Shown here piece by piece: positions 39,848 to 50,766 of a stretch of DNA of 64,000 nt (positions are counted from its first letter, which is position 1; each line of letters starts with the position of its first letter). The position numbers and the translations under genes are program-made. The notes beneath the pieces were generated by a model. That model did no database searches. It saw only the letters and a program-made list of their open reading frames with translations, and had not been told where the DNA came from. Source of the stretch: a virus; IMG/VR virus record IMGVR_UViG_3300042400_000613, positions 1-64,000 of that record; one strand, given 5' to 3'.

Positions 39848-40699
39848 ATGCCCATAGACGCAAAATCTTTATTTAATGTCACTTCGCTAGGTAGCCTTTC
39901 TATAAGGGAGAGAAAAAAACCATTTACTTTCAAATTCCAAAGAATATCTGCGGGTTCTGTTAGCAATGGGGTGACTATAGTATTAATGGCCTATATAAAT
40001 AATATATCAGACTCCTCTAGCCCGGAATGGGATGAAAGACTAGATATAGGACGGGCAGACGCAAAAATTTTATATAAGAGCTTTAACAGAACTATATCTC
40101 TGTCTTTTACGGTCGCAGTAGAAAGTGAAGTAAATTCTAGACTTGAAGCAAATGAAATTTCTTTAGATAGAGAATTAGCTAATAGATCTAGTAATCGTTT
40201 TATTTCAGGAGTGGAAAGATCTAGAATTTTAACAGATCCTCCTACAAGTAATTTGACTAATATTAGAGGAGAACAGGGAGTTAGTATTGGCGGCGCTATA
40301 CAAAGAGCAACAGGTACTGAGTATGCTACAAGAGATGTAGCCATAAATTTAAATGACGCTTCCAAGACCTCTACATTATCCACAAGAGTAGCTAATATTA
40401 CTTATCCTTCTATTACTTCCGGAATAAGTATAACTCATGTTACTTCTCAACTTAATGAATTATCCAAACTATCTCTTCCCGTATATAACGGACCTTATGT
40501 TGGATCCTATGTTAAGTTTAGCATTGGTAAACTATATACAGATGAAATAGGTTACATAAAAGGATTAACTTTTGATTGGGATAATTCACAAATAGTATGG
40601 GACGAAGACAAGGAATTGCCTATGATTACAAATGTTTCTATGGAAATAGGATATATAGGTAAAAGAAAACCTCAAGTAGCATCAAACTTTTTTGGATAA
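39848..40699 (+). CDS. Putative baseplate/tail tube initiator protein
   Basis: AYINNISDSSSPEW...IGRAD...YKSFNRTISLSF and KFSIGKLY...GYIKGLTFDW; follows the tape measure. Confidence 0.55.
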   Translation: MPIDAKSLFNVTSLGSLSIRERKKPFTFKFQRISAGSVSNGVTIVLMAYINNISDSSSPEWDERLDIGRADAKILYKSFNRTISLSFTVAVESEVNSRLEANEISLDRELANRSSNRFISGVERSRILTDPPTSNLTNIRGEQGVSIGGAIQRATGTEYATRDVAINLNDASKTSTLSTRVANITYPSITSGISITHVTSQLNELSKLSLPVYNGPYVGSYVKFSIGKLYTDEIGYIKGLTFDWDNSQIVWDEDKELPMITNVSMEIGYIGKRKPQVASNFFG

Positions 40700-41016
40700 T
40701 GAATAGATACGAAGACATAACTAATATAATAAAAGAAGAATCAGGTGTTAGAAGGTACAGTACTACGTATTATTACAAAATACCATTTAAGACTAGTGAT
40801 TTTTTTATATACGCTAAATCTGGGGACAGGTTAGACTTATTAGCTAATGATTATTACGGAGACCCTAGATATTGGTGGATACTAGCAAATGAAAACGATA
40901 TAGGTAAAGGCACTATAGTACCTCCCATAGGAATAAGATTAAGAATTCCATACCCTTTAAATATGCTTGAGTTAGAACAATTAAAAAACGAATCAATAAA
41001 TGGCACCTCCTTTTAG
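40699..41016 (+). CDS. LysM-like/tail-X baseplate wedge protein (gp53-like)
   Basis: GDRLDLLANDYYGDPRYWWILANEN...GIRLRIP. Confidence 0.8.
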   Translation: MNRYEDITNIIKEESGVRRYSTTYYYKIPFKTSDFFIYAKSGDRLDLLANDYYGDPRYWWILANENDIGKGTIVPPIGIRLRIPYPLNMLELEQLKNESINGTSF

Positions 41017-43018
41017 AAGAAAAATACCGGATTCCGTAAAAAATGTTCTTGGCAGTAGACTTAATCTTTATGTAAAGGGAAATACGTCTGATTACTACAA
41101 ACCTAAAACAAGAAATACTGCGTATTGTACTATAACAAAAAATGGATTAACAGTATCTACAAGAGAAGATACTTTCGAAGAGACTTATAGCCCTAAATCC
41201 CTTAAACCTAGACCCAATTTATTACGAGCCGAAATAGAAAGAATAGGACACGATGCGTCCTTAGTAAATCTTTCTATGAGAATAAGGGGAACTATTGAAG
41301 TTTATACTCTGTCTGACTTTATAAGATACTCTGAAGTTTTTTGTATTAACGACCCTAAAAATCAATTATCTATAACAATGGCTTATGCCGCTCCTTTTGA
41401 CGGGTGCCCTTCCTATACAGTTTCAGGATGTTATATAGCTTACGGAACCTGGCAAACTACAAATGAAAATTATTACCAGTTATCTTTTGAGGCTATAGGA
41501 CCGGGAGAAGTTTTTTCTTCCGTTGATATTGGATTTAGTGGAATATGGGATAATGCTAAACTCTATTACAAGCATAATAAAACTTTTGATAATAAAGTTG
41601 TAGAATCCCAAGTTAACGGATATTATGAATTGATGTTATATGATGCTCAGAAATCAGGAGCCACCTTAACAGATGATATACCTGATGGAACCATAGTTCC
41701 TTACGAAAGAAAAAAAAGTTATGAAGGTAAAGTTAGCAATGGTATAAAATATTTAAATTTTAGAGGGCAACTAACAAAGAGTGATATAATTGTTTATCAA
41801 CCCGTAGAAGGTACGGCTTTAAGTGCGGACCCAGATCAAATACCTACCGCACAGACAACTACAGATGAGTTTTTTACTTTACAATATGTAGTAGACAGAT
41901 TAATAAATGAGTTTTGTCTCTATCCTTTATATACTAAATATACAGATTCAGATTCAGGAATTAGAGATGTTTATGTAGGATTTGCGGAAAAACCAAGATG
42001 TTCTACCGTATCATTATGTAACTCCATAGTGGTTAGATCCTGCGATCCTAGAAAAATTCTTATATTAGGTAATGGAGCAGGAGATTACAGAGATAAAGAA
42101 ATTAAAGTTACAGGAAAGAATTACGAAAAAGGAATAGCTTTAGATGGAATAAAATCTCATTATGGAGATTATATAGATTTTAGAAAGATATTAATACATA
42201 GAAATATAATATGGGAAGCTATAAATGCGACAATGCATACTGTTGAGAAACCTAGAGCTGGAGTAAATTCAAAAGATAATTTTATATTAGAAGAATATTT
42301 AAGAGTAACAGAATTTTTTAAAAACATATTTACTACGATTAGCAACTGTACTGGTGGTTTTGTTCAACTAGGTTTGATAGTAGACGACGGGACTAATGAC
42401 AAAGATGATTTAACTAAACACAAAATTTTGAAAATAGTACCTACCACTTTCGTAGATACCGGATTAGATATATGGAAATTCAATACTTTGAATGGTGACG
42501 GATCTACTAGAGAACTTAGTATTACCGCCGAATTACCTTCTACTGATTTGCACGCATCTTTAGTTAAAAACATATTTAATAATTCTAGAGTAACAAATGC
42601 TATTAGAAGCGATACCAATGACGGATTATCTATCAATGATTTAGAAGAGCTAGCTACTAGACTTTTAGATGAATACTATAATAAATTAATGCCTAGAACA
42701 AAATATAGTAATGAGACTTGTGATGCAGCTAGAACTTTATTATTTAATATAAACAAAGGAAGACCAACATCTTCTTTAGTAAATAATAATCAATATTTAT
42801 GGCTCATGAAAATGAATGTCAAAATGGACGGAGTAGGAGGATGGAGAATAGGACATCATATAAACAGCAATACAGTTCCTCCAAGTTATACTACGGATAG
42901 AGATATTGCTTTTATAGTTACTAGAGTTCATCATGTAGTAGAGGGACAGGATTGGCAAACTGAATTAGAGTCCATTTGTACAGTTGTACCTCCGGGAACG
43001 CCTACCTTAGGAGCATAA
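41000..43018 (+). CDS. Putative baseplate hub protein
   Basis: C-terminal KMDGVGGWRIG...FIVTRVHHVVEGQDWQTELES resembles gp27/GpD-type hub ends; synteny. Confidence 0.55.
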   Translation: MAPPFRRKIPDSVKNVLGSRLNLYVKGNTSDYYKPKTRNTAYCTITKNGLTVSTREDTFEETYSPKSLKPRPNLLRAEIERIGHDASLVNLSMRIRGTIEVYTLSDFIRYSEVFCINDPKNQLSITMAYAAPFDGCPSYTVSGCYIAYGTWQTTNENYYQLSFEAIGPGEVFSSVDIGFSGIWDNAKLYYKHNKTFDNKVVESQVNGYYELMLYDAQKSGATLTDDIPDGTIVPYERKKSYEGKVSNGIKYLNFRGQLTKSDIIVYQPVEGTALSADPDQIPTAQTTTDEFFTLQYVVDRLINEFCLYPLYTKYTDSDSGIRDVYVGFAEKPRCSTVSLCNSIVVRSCDPRKILILGNGAGDYRDKEIKVTGKNYEKGIALDGIKSHYGDYIDFRKILIHRNIIWEAINATMHTVEKPRAGVNSKDNFILEEYLRVTEFFKNIFTTISNCTGGFVQLGLIVDDGTNDKDDLTKHKILKIVPTTFVDTGLDIWKFNTLNGDGSTRELSITAELPSTDLHASLVKNIFNNSRVTNAIRSDTNDGLSINDLEELATRLLDEYYNKLMPRTKYSNETCDAARTLLFNINKGRPTSSLVNNNQYLWLMKMNVKMDGVGGWRIGHHINSNTVPPSYTTDRDIAFIVTRVHHVVEGQDWQTELESICTVVPPGTPTLGA

Positions 43019-43031
43019 AATAAAATAAATC

Positions 43032-43550
43032 ATGGCTAATTTTTTCTATACAGAAGGCGGTTTTTTATGGGATGAAAATAACATGTCATACAAAGGATAT
43101 TATTTTTATACCAACAGAATACCATACGCAGGTATAAACGGGAAGGATACTAGAAAAAGATTATTTTTAGAGTACGAATTTAAGAGAAGGGTATATTCTT
43201 CTCTTGGTTCGGAGCCCATGGTAGAGTATATTAACATAAATCCATACACACCAACAAAAGAAGTTATAGAAGAAGAAGGTCTTTATTTTAAAAGATATTT
43301 TTACCAAAAAAGAATAAAACCAATAACATCTATAACCGAAATTAAAAAAGATGATTATTTTTCTGCTAAAAACTTGCAGGATAACAAAAATAGACTTATA
43401 TTTGCAGAAATCTATTGGAAAGTCCGTGGAGATAAAGTTAAAGTAGCGCAATTAAACAGGAATGAAGTTTTAAGTGCAGATACAACTTTTCCAGGACTTA
43501 AGAGGTTTATTGTAAATTATAATGAGTTTTATATAGATGATGGTTATTGA
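43032..43550 (+). CDS. Hypothetical protein
   Basis: Clean ORF (YTEGG...YKGYY...FKRYF). Confidence 0.55.
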   Translation: MANFFYTEGGFLWDENNMSYKGYYFYTNRIPYAGINGKDTRKRLFLEYEFKRRVYSSLGSEPMVEYININPYTPTKEVIEEEGLYFKRYFYQKRIKPITSITEIKKDDYFSAKNLQDNKNRLIFAEIYWKVRGDKVKVAQLNRNEVLSADTTFPGLKRFIVNYNEFYIDDGY

Positions 43551-44871
43551 GAACGAGGATCAACTAAGGGAGGTCCAAACTAATTTTTCAGGTTCCTTTG
43601 TGTTTCCTATTCCGAAAGATATGTCAAATTTTTCGGAGGGGCTCTCTATGTTATTTATACATGACTATAAATCAAATGAGTCATATTCAATAGCATTACA
43701 ACATGAAGAATTTAAATCAAACATAACATTAGAGACATTACAGACATTATTATCATTTAATTATGTAATAGCGTCATCTAAATACATCTTTGATTATTAT
43801 TTTCCCAGTAAATTTTCAACCGAGTTCCCATTACTATATTGGCTAAACAAAGGAGATACAGATTATTTAGGAGATTTATATTCATTTACATCTAAGTACA
43901 AAAGATTTTATTATCCATCAACATCCTATAACATCTATATTCCATATTACATGTTCTTAAGATGTTTTAATAGTCAGCTATCCTATTTAAACACATTGGA
44001 TAAAAAATCATCTGTCATTGAAAAATATACATCTATTCTATCATCTTTAAATCATATTAGAGATAATGGAATTTGCATTGACATTCCTCAAATAAATGAA
44101 GTATACAATAAAAAATTAACAACATCTTTATTACATCCTAAATACATGCTCTACAATGCCACAGGAAGGCCCGTAGGGACATGTAATGGTATTAACCTTA
44201 GCGCAATACCAAAAGATGAAAAACATCGCTTAGGATTCATTTCTAGGCATGATAGAGGAATCTTAGTTGAATTTGATATTAAGTCATTTCATTTATATCT
44301 GATTGCAAAGGCCATTGGATATACATTAGAAGAAGAAGATGTTCACATGTATTTAGCAAAGATGTATTTCAAGAAGAATAATATATCCCCGCAAGAATAC
44401 GATGAGGCAAAAAAAATCACTTTCACTAATATTTATTCTGAAAGGGGGGATGCTAAAAAGATTCCTTTCTTTAGTGCATTGTATAAATATAGGGATTCGA
44501 TATATAGTCAAATGGTTCAAGATAAAGAAGTTATTGTTCCATACTGTGTAAGAACTTTAAAACTATCGAATCTAAAAGATGATTACTCCTACACAAAAGG
44601 AAAATTATTCTCTTATGTTATACAATTAATGGAAGTTGAACATTTTTTTGACATTATTAGTAAAATTATTGTATATTTGCAGTCGAAGAAAACGCAAATC
44701 GTATTATATGTGTATGATTCTTTCTTATTAGATTTTGACAGAGAAGATGGATTGGAAACATTAAGGGGAATACAAAAGATTATAAACGATTCTGGGTTTA
44801 GCTCATCTGTGAAAATTGGAAAAAACTATTTTAACATGAAATCTTTTGATTTGGAAAACATGCAAACATGA
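43537..44871 (+). CDS. Divergent family A DNA polymerase-like protein (short)
   Basis: ATGRP...INLSAIPK; motif A VEFDIKSFHL; DVH; motif B AKKITFTNIYS; YVIQ; motif C LYVYDSFLLDF. Confidence 0.7.
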   Translation: MMVIENEDQLREVQTNFSGSFVFPIPKDMSNFSEGLSMLFIHDYKSNESYSIALQHEEFKSNITLETLQTLLSFNYVIASSKYIFDYYFPSKFSTEFPLLYWLNKGDTDYLGDLYSFTSKYKRFYYPSTSYNIYIPYYMFLRCFNSQLSYLNTLDKKSSVIEKYTSILSSLNHIRDNGICIDIPQINEVYNKKLTTSLLHPKYMLYNATGRPVGTCNGINLSAIPKDEKHRLGFISRHDRGILVEFDIKSFHLYLIAKAIGYTLEEEDVHMYLAKMYFKKNNISPQEYDEAKKITFTNIYSERGDAKKIPFFSALYKYRDSIYSQMVQDKEVIVPYCVRTLKLSNLKDDYSYTKGKLFSYVIQLMEVEHFFDIISKIIVYLQSKKTQIVLYVYDSFLLDFDREDGLETLRGIQKIINDSGFSSSVKIGKNYFNMKSFDLENMQT

Positions 44872-45278
44872 TTGAGAGGAAACCTACAAAATTATTATGT
44901 ACTTTTTGCCACCCGCATTTTATAGAAAGTACATTGAAGACTATTAGAAACACTTATGATATAACAAACGATAGTGTATTTGTTTTTAGAAATGCATCCG
45001 ATAATGATGAACTAATTTTAAGTTACAATGTTATCAGAGAGGAAGATTTTACATTACTTCCGTCCACCCTTATATTACATAGAAATAAAGAAACCGGAAC
45101 TTTATTCACTCTAAATGGCCTTAACATACTTATAGAGCAATCGAATAATGGTAAACTTGATGTTAATTATAAAATTGACTGGTATGCTTACGAGAATTGC
45201 CTAATAGTGACAGGATCTGATGGATTGAGAATAATTGACTTAAAGTTTCTTTACAAAAAGAATATTTCTAACATTTAA
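44868..45278 (+). CDS. Hypothetical protein
   Basis: KLLCTF...LHRNKETGTLFTLNGLN; within the replication cluster. Confidence 0.55.
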   Translation: MIERKPTKLLCTFCHPHFIESTLKTIRNTYDITNDSVFVFRNASDNDELILSYNVIREEDFTLLPSTLILHRNKETGTLFTLNGLNILIEQSNNGKLDVNYKIDWYAYENCLIVTGSDGLRIIDLKFLYKKNISNI

Positions 45279-45289
45279 TTTATATAGTT

Positions 45290-46159
45290 ATGAGTAATTT
45301 TGCAGAACGTTTCAAACAAGAAGCGAGTAAACTTTCTAACTCCGGCCCTACAGGTAGAAAGAAAGGTAAAAACATTTTTGATTATATTTGGAGACCTACA
45401 TCTAGTTCTACCACTATTAGAATTGTACCAAACAAAAAAGATCCTGAATGGCCTTTTTATATGGTTTATATTCATGGTAGAGATTACACCACAAAGATAG
45501 GTTTAGCAAATTACGAGTTTGTATCTCCTAAAACTTTCCAAAAAGAAGATCCGGCTGAATTATTTGCCAATAATCTTTACAGACAGGATTATGAGAACAA
45601 CAAGCAATTTATTAAATATTTTTCTCCTCAAAAGTTTTACTATGTCCCTATTCTAATAAGAGGAAAGGAATCGTCAGGAATCAAGGTATGGCCTGTAAAC
45701 ACTAAGACTTACGAGAAAATATTCAATATCATGAATACTATTTTCGAGGAAGAAGGAGAAGACTCGTCAAAAATCTTTGACTTAAAAATAGGAACTGACT
45801 TAGTTATCACTAAACCTTCGGGAGGTGGAGTAGAAATTACAGCAAAGAGAAGCCCGACTAATTTGATAGAAAGAGCGGAAGAAGGCTATACTATTGAGGA
45901 TTTTAAGAGACAGTATGAGGAAATGGGAAATATTGAGGGTTTGTACATTACTCATACAAAAGAAGAGATTGAAAAAATGGTAACTTCTTTAGCAGGATCT
46001 TTATTCTCAAAAAGCAAGGCACCGGAATCAACTGAGATTATAAGAGGTGGCACAAAGACACAAGAAACTACGGAAGAGGTAAGAAATAAACAGGTTGAAA
46101 AACCAGTAGCTACCAAATCACTTGAAGACGATTTTTCTAAATTTCTAGATTCTATATAA
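45290..46159 (+). CDS. Single-stranded DNA-binding protein (gp32-like)
   Basis: TIRIVP, YYVPILIRG, IKVW, IFDLKIGTDLVITK; acidic tail LEDDFSKFLD; adjacent to RecA. Confidence 0.7.
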   Translation: MSNFAERFKQEASKLSNSGPTGRKKGKNIFDYIWRPTSSSTTIRIVPNKKDPEWPFYMVYIHGRDYTTKIGLANYEFVSPKTFQKEDPAELFANNLYRQDYENNKQFIKYFSPQKFYYVPILIRGKESSGIKVWPVNTKTYEKIFNIMNTIFEEEGEDSSKIFDLKIGTDLVITKPSGGGVEITAKRSPTNLIERAEEGYTIEDFKRQYEEMGNIEGLYITHTKEEIEKMVTSLAGSLFSKSKAPESTEIIRGGTKTQETTEEVRNKQVEKPVATKSLEDDFSKFLDSI

Positions 46160-46172
46160 AAAAACGTTAATT

Positions 46173-47351
46173 ATGGCAAAGAAAAAGGAATCCTCCCAAG
46201 AGAGGACTGACACATCTTTTGCATCATCTTTGATAGATGCAATAAATGCTAAGTACAAAAAAGACATAGGGACTGTAGCTTATAAGTTAGAAGACTCTAC
46301 GTTAGCACCTACAAATGTTAGTGATTTTATACCTACCGGATGTACAACACTAGATATGGCTATTTCCAATAGAGAAAATGGCGGGTATCCTGTAGGTAAA
46401 ATTGTAGAACTAATAGGACTAGAACAATCTGGAAAATCTTTATTAGCTGCTCACGCTATAAAAGAAACACAAAAGAAAGGAGGAATTGGAATTATCATAG
46501 ATACAGAGAGTGCTGTGAGTAAAGAATTTTTAAGTGCTATTGGTGTAGATTTAAAAAAGAACTTCGTATATGTGCAGCATGAAGTTATAGAAGATGTTTT
46601 TAATTCAGTCGAAACTATAATAGAGCAAATGAGAGCATCTAATAAAGATGTAATCGTAACTATTGTAGTGGATTCAGTAATGGGAGCAAGTACAAAAGAT
46701 GAGATTGAGGGCAATTATGATAAAGATGGATGGGCTACGCAAAAAGCAATCATTATATCTAAAGCCATGCGTAAACTTACAAACTTGTTAGGTAGAGAAA
46801 AAATTCTTTTAATTTTCACTAACCAACTTAGGCAGAATCTACAGGCTAGACCAGGAATGGGGGATTCTTACACTACATCAGGAGGTAAGGCTATTGGTTT
46901 TCACTCATCCATAAGAGTTAAGTTAGTTAAGAAAGGAAAAATACAGGGTCCTGAAAAAGATTTGCCTTTAGGTATTACTACGGAAGCAGAGATTATCAAG
47001 AATAGAATAGGACCTCCTCATAGAAAAGCATCCTTCAATATTATGTATAACTCAGGAATTGATGATGTAAGTTCAATTATGGATTTCCTAAAAGACAAAG
47101 GAATTGCAACAGCTTCCGGACCCTGGTATACTTATAAATATTGCAATAGAGAGACCGGAGAAATTATAGAGGAAATAAAATTTCAAAGGAAAGATTTTCA
47201 CGATAAGCTATTTTCTAGGGAAGAAATACGTAAAGATATATTCTCTAATATCTCTGATTATTATATTACAACATACATTAAAAGAGACGGTAGCGACGAA
47301 GGAGATTCTACTCCATTCATTCACATAGAAGAAACGGAAGATGACAATTGA
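46173..47351 (+). CDS. recA: RecA/UvsX-like recombinase
   Basis: IPTGCTTLDMA, GLEQSGKS, IDTE, VVDSV, FTNQLR, TSGGKAIGFHSSIR, KNRIGPP. Confidence 0.92.
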   Translation: MAKKKESSQERTDTSFASSLIDAINAKYKKDIGTVAYKLEDSTLAPTNVSDFIPTGCTTLDMAISNRENGGYPVGKIVELIGLEQSGKSLLAAHAIKETQKKGGIGIIIDTESAVSKEFLSAIGVDLKKNFVYVQHEVIEDVFNSVETIIEQMRASNKDVIVTIVVDSVMGASTKDEIEGNYDKDGWATQKAIIISKAMRKLTNLLGREKILLIFTNQLRQNLQARPGMGDSYTTSGGKAIGFHSSIRVKLVKKGKIQGPEKDLPLGITTEAEIIKNRIGPPHRKASFNIMYNSGIDDVSSIMDFLKDKGIATASGPWYTYKYCNRETGEIIEEIKFQRKDFHDKLFSREEIRKDIFSNISDYYITTYIKRDGSDEGDSTPFIHIEETEDDN

Positions 47352-48363
47352 TTTATCAAAATTGTTAGATAATCATAGATCTATGTCTAACGAAAAGACT
47401 GTTCTTATAATAGATGGAACTAATTTGTTTATCAGATGCTTTTGCGCCTATCCGACATTGAACACGGATGGGCACACAATAGGAGGTGCCTTTGGATTCT
47501 TAGAAAGTATGTTTTCTTTTGTTAAGACTTACAATATAAATAAAGTTATTGTTGTATTTGATGGTCAAGGAGGATCTGTACGGAGAAAAAAAATGTACAA
47601 AGGGTATAAATCCGGCAAACATAAAGGACTTAAGTTAAATAGACTAACCGAAAGTAAGACAGAAAGTACAGATAAAGAATCAGAAAGACAAATTAGAAGA
47701 CTTATAGAGTATTTAAATAATTTACCTGTTGTTCAATTAATCATGGACGGAGTTGAAGCAGATGATGTTATTTCTATTCTCATAAACTCAAATGACTTAG
47801 ATGATTACAAATATAAATTTATAATGTCATCTGATAAAGACTACCTCCAGTTAGTATCAGAAAACATACAAGTTTATAACCCTACAAAAAAAATTATGTA
47901 TTCTCCGAAAAAAGTTGCCGAAGAATTTGGAATTATCCCAGAAAACTTCGTATATTACAAGGCTTTTGTAGGGGACCGCAGCGACAACATTCCTAGCTTC
48001 GGTTCTATAGGAGAAAAAAACATAATTAAATTTTTCCCGGAAATACGAAATACTAAAATAGAAGATTTGGATTTCTTCTACAATCGGGCAAAAGATTTGA
48101 TTTCAGAGGGTAAAAAGTATAAAGGGTTAGATAATCTCATTAACGATTTTGATAAATTAGAATTAAACTACAAGTTAATTCAGTTACATAACGTTGATGT
48201 TTCTTACCATACAAAAAGTGCAATAAGAAGAATTTTGCAGGATTTTGTACCCGCTAGTTATGACTATGAATTTATGCAAATGTTTGCGTTCGACGGGCTT
48301 TTCTCTAGGATTAATGACTTTGATTCATGGCATAGAAACTTTGTAAACAGATTAAAATCATAA
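47341..48363 (+). CDS. 5'-3' exonuclease/RNase H (FEN-like)
   Basis: IIDGTNLFIR, VVFDG, YKSG, GVEADDVI, SSDKDYLQL, GDRSDNIP, IGEK. Confidence 0.92.
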   Translation: MTIDLSKLLDNHRSMSNEKTVLIIDGTNLFIRCFCAYPTLNTDGHTIGGAFGFLESMFSFVKTYNINKVIVVFDGQGGSVRRKKMYKGYKSGKHKGLKLNRLTESKTESTDKESERQIRRLIEYLNNLPVVQLIMDGVEADDVISILINSNDLDDYKYKFIMSSDKDYLQLVSENIQVYNPTKKIMYSPKKVAEEFGIIPENFVYYKAFVGDRSDNIPSFGSIGEKNIIKFFPEIRNTKIEDLDFFYNRAKDLISEGKKYKGLDNLINDFDKLELNYKLIQLHNVDVSYHTKSAIRRILQDFVPASYDYEFMQMFAFDGLFSRINDFDSWHRNFVNRLKS

Positions 48364-48366
48364 ATA

Positions 48367-49731
48367 ATGACCGCCAATTTATTAAATTCTTTTGGTACGG
48401 ATTTTCAAAAGAAGGTTTTGTACAATTTGCTTAATGACGAGAATTTCTTTACTCGCATTATTGACATTCTTGATCCAAATTATTTTGAGAACGAGGCTAT
48501 GTCTTGGGTAGTAGAAAAAATGTATGAATATTATGAGACATACAAAATACAACCTACAATAGATGTTTTAAAAATAAACATCAAGGAATTAGCAAACAAG
48601 GATGAAAACGATTCTCAGGCAGAAAGAAATAAAATCCATGCCCAGAGTATTTACATGTTTCTTAAGAGTTCCTTGGATTTTGCTGACTCTAAGGACTTAC
48701 AACATGTCAAGGACAAAATTGTGGAGTTTTGTAGAAATAGGGAATATGTAAAAGCCCTAAGAAATGCTGTTGACTTAGTTAAAAGAAATGATTTTGACGC
48801 TGCCTTTTCTGCTATAAACAAAGCACATAATGCAGGTTCAGAATTAGACTTAGGATACATGTATGAAGAAACTTTAGAAAATAGATACATGGAGGATGAT
48901 AGAAATCCGATTCCTACTCCATGGCCTGTTCTTAATTCTTACATGAAAGGAGGTCTATCTTATGGCGAACTTGGCGTTGTATTATGTCCACCAAAGGGAG
49001 GTAAATCATGGTTGCTTATATCTTTAGCTGCTCACGCTATGGAGTTAGGGGTGAACGTAATCTACTATACCATGGAACTGTATCCTACTCAAATTTCAAA
49101 GAGGATTGACGCTTACATCACAGACATATCATTGGATAACTTGTCTAAAGATAACATGCCTTTGATTAATAAGAAGATGGATGAAATTCCAGGCAAGTTA
49201 ATCATTAAGAAATATGGAGCATACAAAGCATCTACAATGACTATCAGAGGACATTTAGATCAATGTATCCACCAAGGAATTTCGCCGGGATTAATCATTA
49301 TAGATGACCCAAAATTACTAAAATCTACAAAGACAGAGAAGAGATTTGCATTAGATGAAATCTTTACCGACATTAGAAACATAGCAGATGAATATAGAGT
49401 TCCAGCATGGGTTCCCTCTCAAGCAAATAGAACATCCGAATCAGCTAAAATTGTAAATGGAGAACACATTGCAGAATCATATAATGTTCTCATGGTATGT
49501 GATTTCATGTTCTCACTATCAAGAAAAAATATTTATCACATTGTAGCATCAAGATTAGGAGAATTAGGATTATCATTTGAAGGCATGTTAGATACTAAAT
49601 GTGGAAAACATATTATTAACAATTTGATATCCGATGTAGATGATGATGATAGAGGTCCCGCTCCAAAAAATTCAAGTGCTTTTGATCCTGCCGAAGTAGA
49701 TAGATTTTTCAAAGAGTACAATGAAATTTAA
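48367..49731 (+). CDS. Replicative DNA helicase (DnaB/gp41-like)
   Basis: IPTPWPVLN, GGLSYGEL, PPKGGKS, YYTMEL, IIIDD, SQANR, IAES. Confidence 0.85.
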   Translation: MTANLLNSFGTDFQKKVLYNLLNDENFFTRIIDILDPNYFENEAMSWVVEKMYEYYETYKIQPTIDVLKINIKELANKDENDSQAERNKIHAQSIYMFLKSSLDFADSKDLQHVKDKIVEFCRNREYVKALRNAVDLVKRNDFDAAFSAINKAHNAGSELDLGYMYEETLENRYMEDDRNPIPTPWPVLNSYMKGGLSYGELGVVLCPPKGGKSWLLISLAAHAMELGVNVIYYTMELYPTQISKRIDAYITDISLDNLSKDNMPLINKKMDEIPGKLIIKKYGAYKASTMTIRGHLDQCIHQGISPGLIIIDDPKLLKSTKTEKRFALDEIFTDIRNIADEYRVPAWVPSQANRTSESAKIVNGEHIAESYNVLMVCDFMFSLSRKNIYHIVASRLGELGLSFEGMLDTKCGKHIINNLISDVDDDDRGPAPKNSSAFDPAEVDRFFKEYNEI

Positions 49732-49790
49732 GTTAGTCAGGTATTTATTTTTACCGAAAACAAAATTATAAACGTTCAACTTTTCACATT

Positions 49791-50756
49791 ATGCCTTTAC
49801 TAAAAGAGAGATTGCATTTTAAACCATTTGAGTATCAATGGGCTTATGATTATTGGTTCAAACAACAGAACGCCCACTGGTTGCATACGGAAATTAACAT
49901 GCAAAAAGACATCAAAGATTGGGATGAAAATCTTACAAAATCTGAAAAAAATGTCATAGGTAACATCTTAAAAGGATTTGCCCAAACTGAAACACATGTA
50001 AATGATTACTGGTCACAATATGTTACTACGTGGTTTCCAATTCCTGAAATCAAGATGATGGCAGTAACATTTGGATCATTTGAAACAATACATGCGACAG
50101 CCTACTCTTATTTAAATGATTCTTTAGGCTTAGATGACTTTCAAGCATTCATGCAAGATGAGGCTACTATGAATAAATTGCAAGTTCTGATTGATGTAGA
50201 TAAAAATGATACATCCATATCAAACATTGCAAGAAGTTTAGCATTATTTTCCGCATGCGCCGAAGGCATTCAATTGTTTAGTTCTTTTGCAGTTCTTCTC
50301 TCTTTTAGAAAATCAAACAGGCTAAAAGGTATTGGACAACAAATGATATTTTCCGTAAGAGATGAAAGTTTACATAGCGAAGCAGGATGTAAGTTGTTTA
50401 GAGAACTAGTTAAAGAGAATCCTGACATCTGGACATCTGAATTCAAAAAAAGTATAGTAGAAGGAGTTCAATTATCTCTTGTAAATGAATTCTTATACAT
50501 AGAGAGTATTTTTGAAATGGGAGAATTAGAGACCATATCAAAACAAGATCTCAAGAATTTTATGTATGACAGAGCTAATAGAAAACTAGTTGAATTAGGA
50601 TTAGAGCCTGTATATAAAGTAAACCCAAAATCAATGGAGAATATGTCTTGGTTTTACATTATGGTGTCTGGTGAGCAACAAACTGATTTCTTTGATAATA
50701 GGGAAACAGGATATGCAAAACCTAACGAAGATTGGAACAGTGATGACTTATTTTAA
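49791..50756 (+). CDS. nrdB: Ribonucleotide reductase class I beta subunit
   Basis: FKPFEYQWA, ETIHATAYS, EGIQLFSSF, RDESLH, DFF. Confidence 0.95.
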   Translation: MPLLKERLHFKPFEYQWAYDYWFKQQNAHWLHTEINMQKDIKDWDENLTKSEKNVIGNILKGFAQTETHVNDYWSQYVTTWFPIPEIKMMAVTFGSFETIHATAYSYLNDSLGLDDFQAFMQDEATMNKLQVLIDVDKNDTSISNIARSLALFSACAEGIQLFSSFAVLLSFRKSNRLKGIGQQMIFSVRDESLHSEAGCKLFRELVKENPDIWTSEFKKSIVEGVQLSLVNEFLYIESIFEMGELETISKQDLKNFMYDRANRKLVELGLEPVYKVNPKSMENMSWFYIMVSGEQQTDFFDNRETGYAKPNEDWNSDDLF

Positions 50757-50766
50757 ATTATAAACA

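Noticed and set aside
27505-43018. Extracellular contractile injection system or tailocin locus (sheath, several tubes, LysM, hub)
   Set aside because: Capsid, portal, terminase, neck and replication genes are all present, so this is a complete phage.
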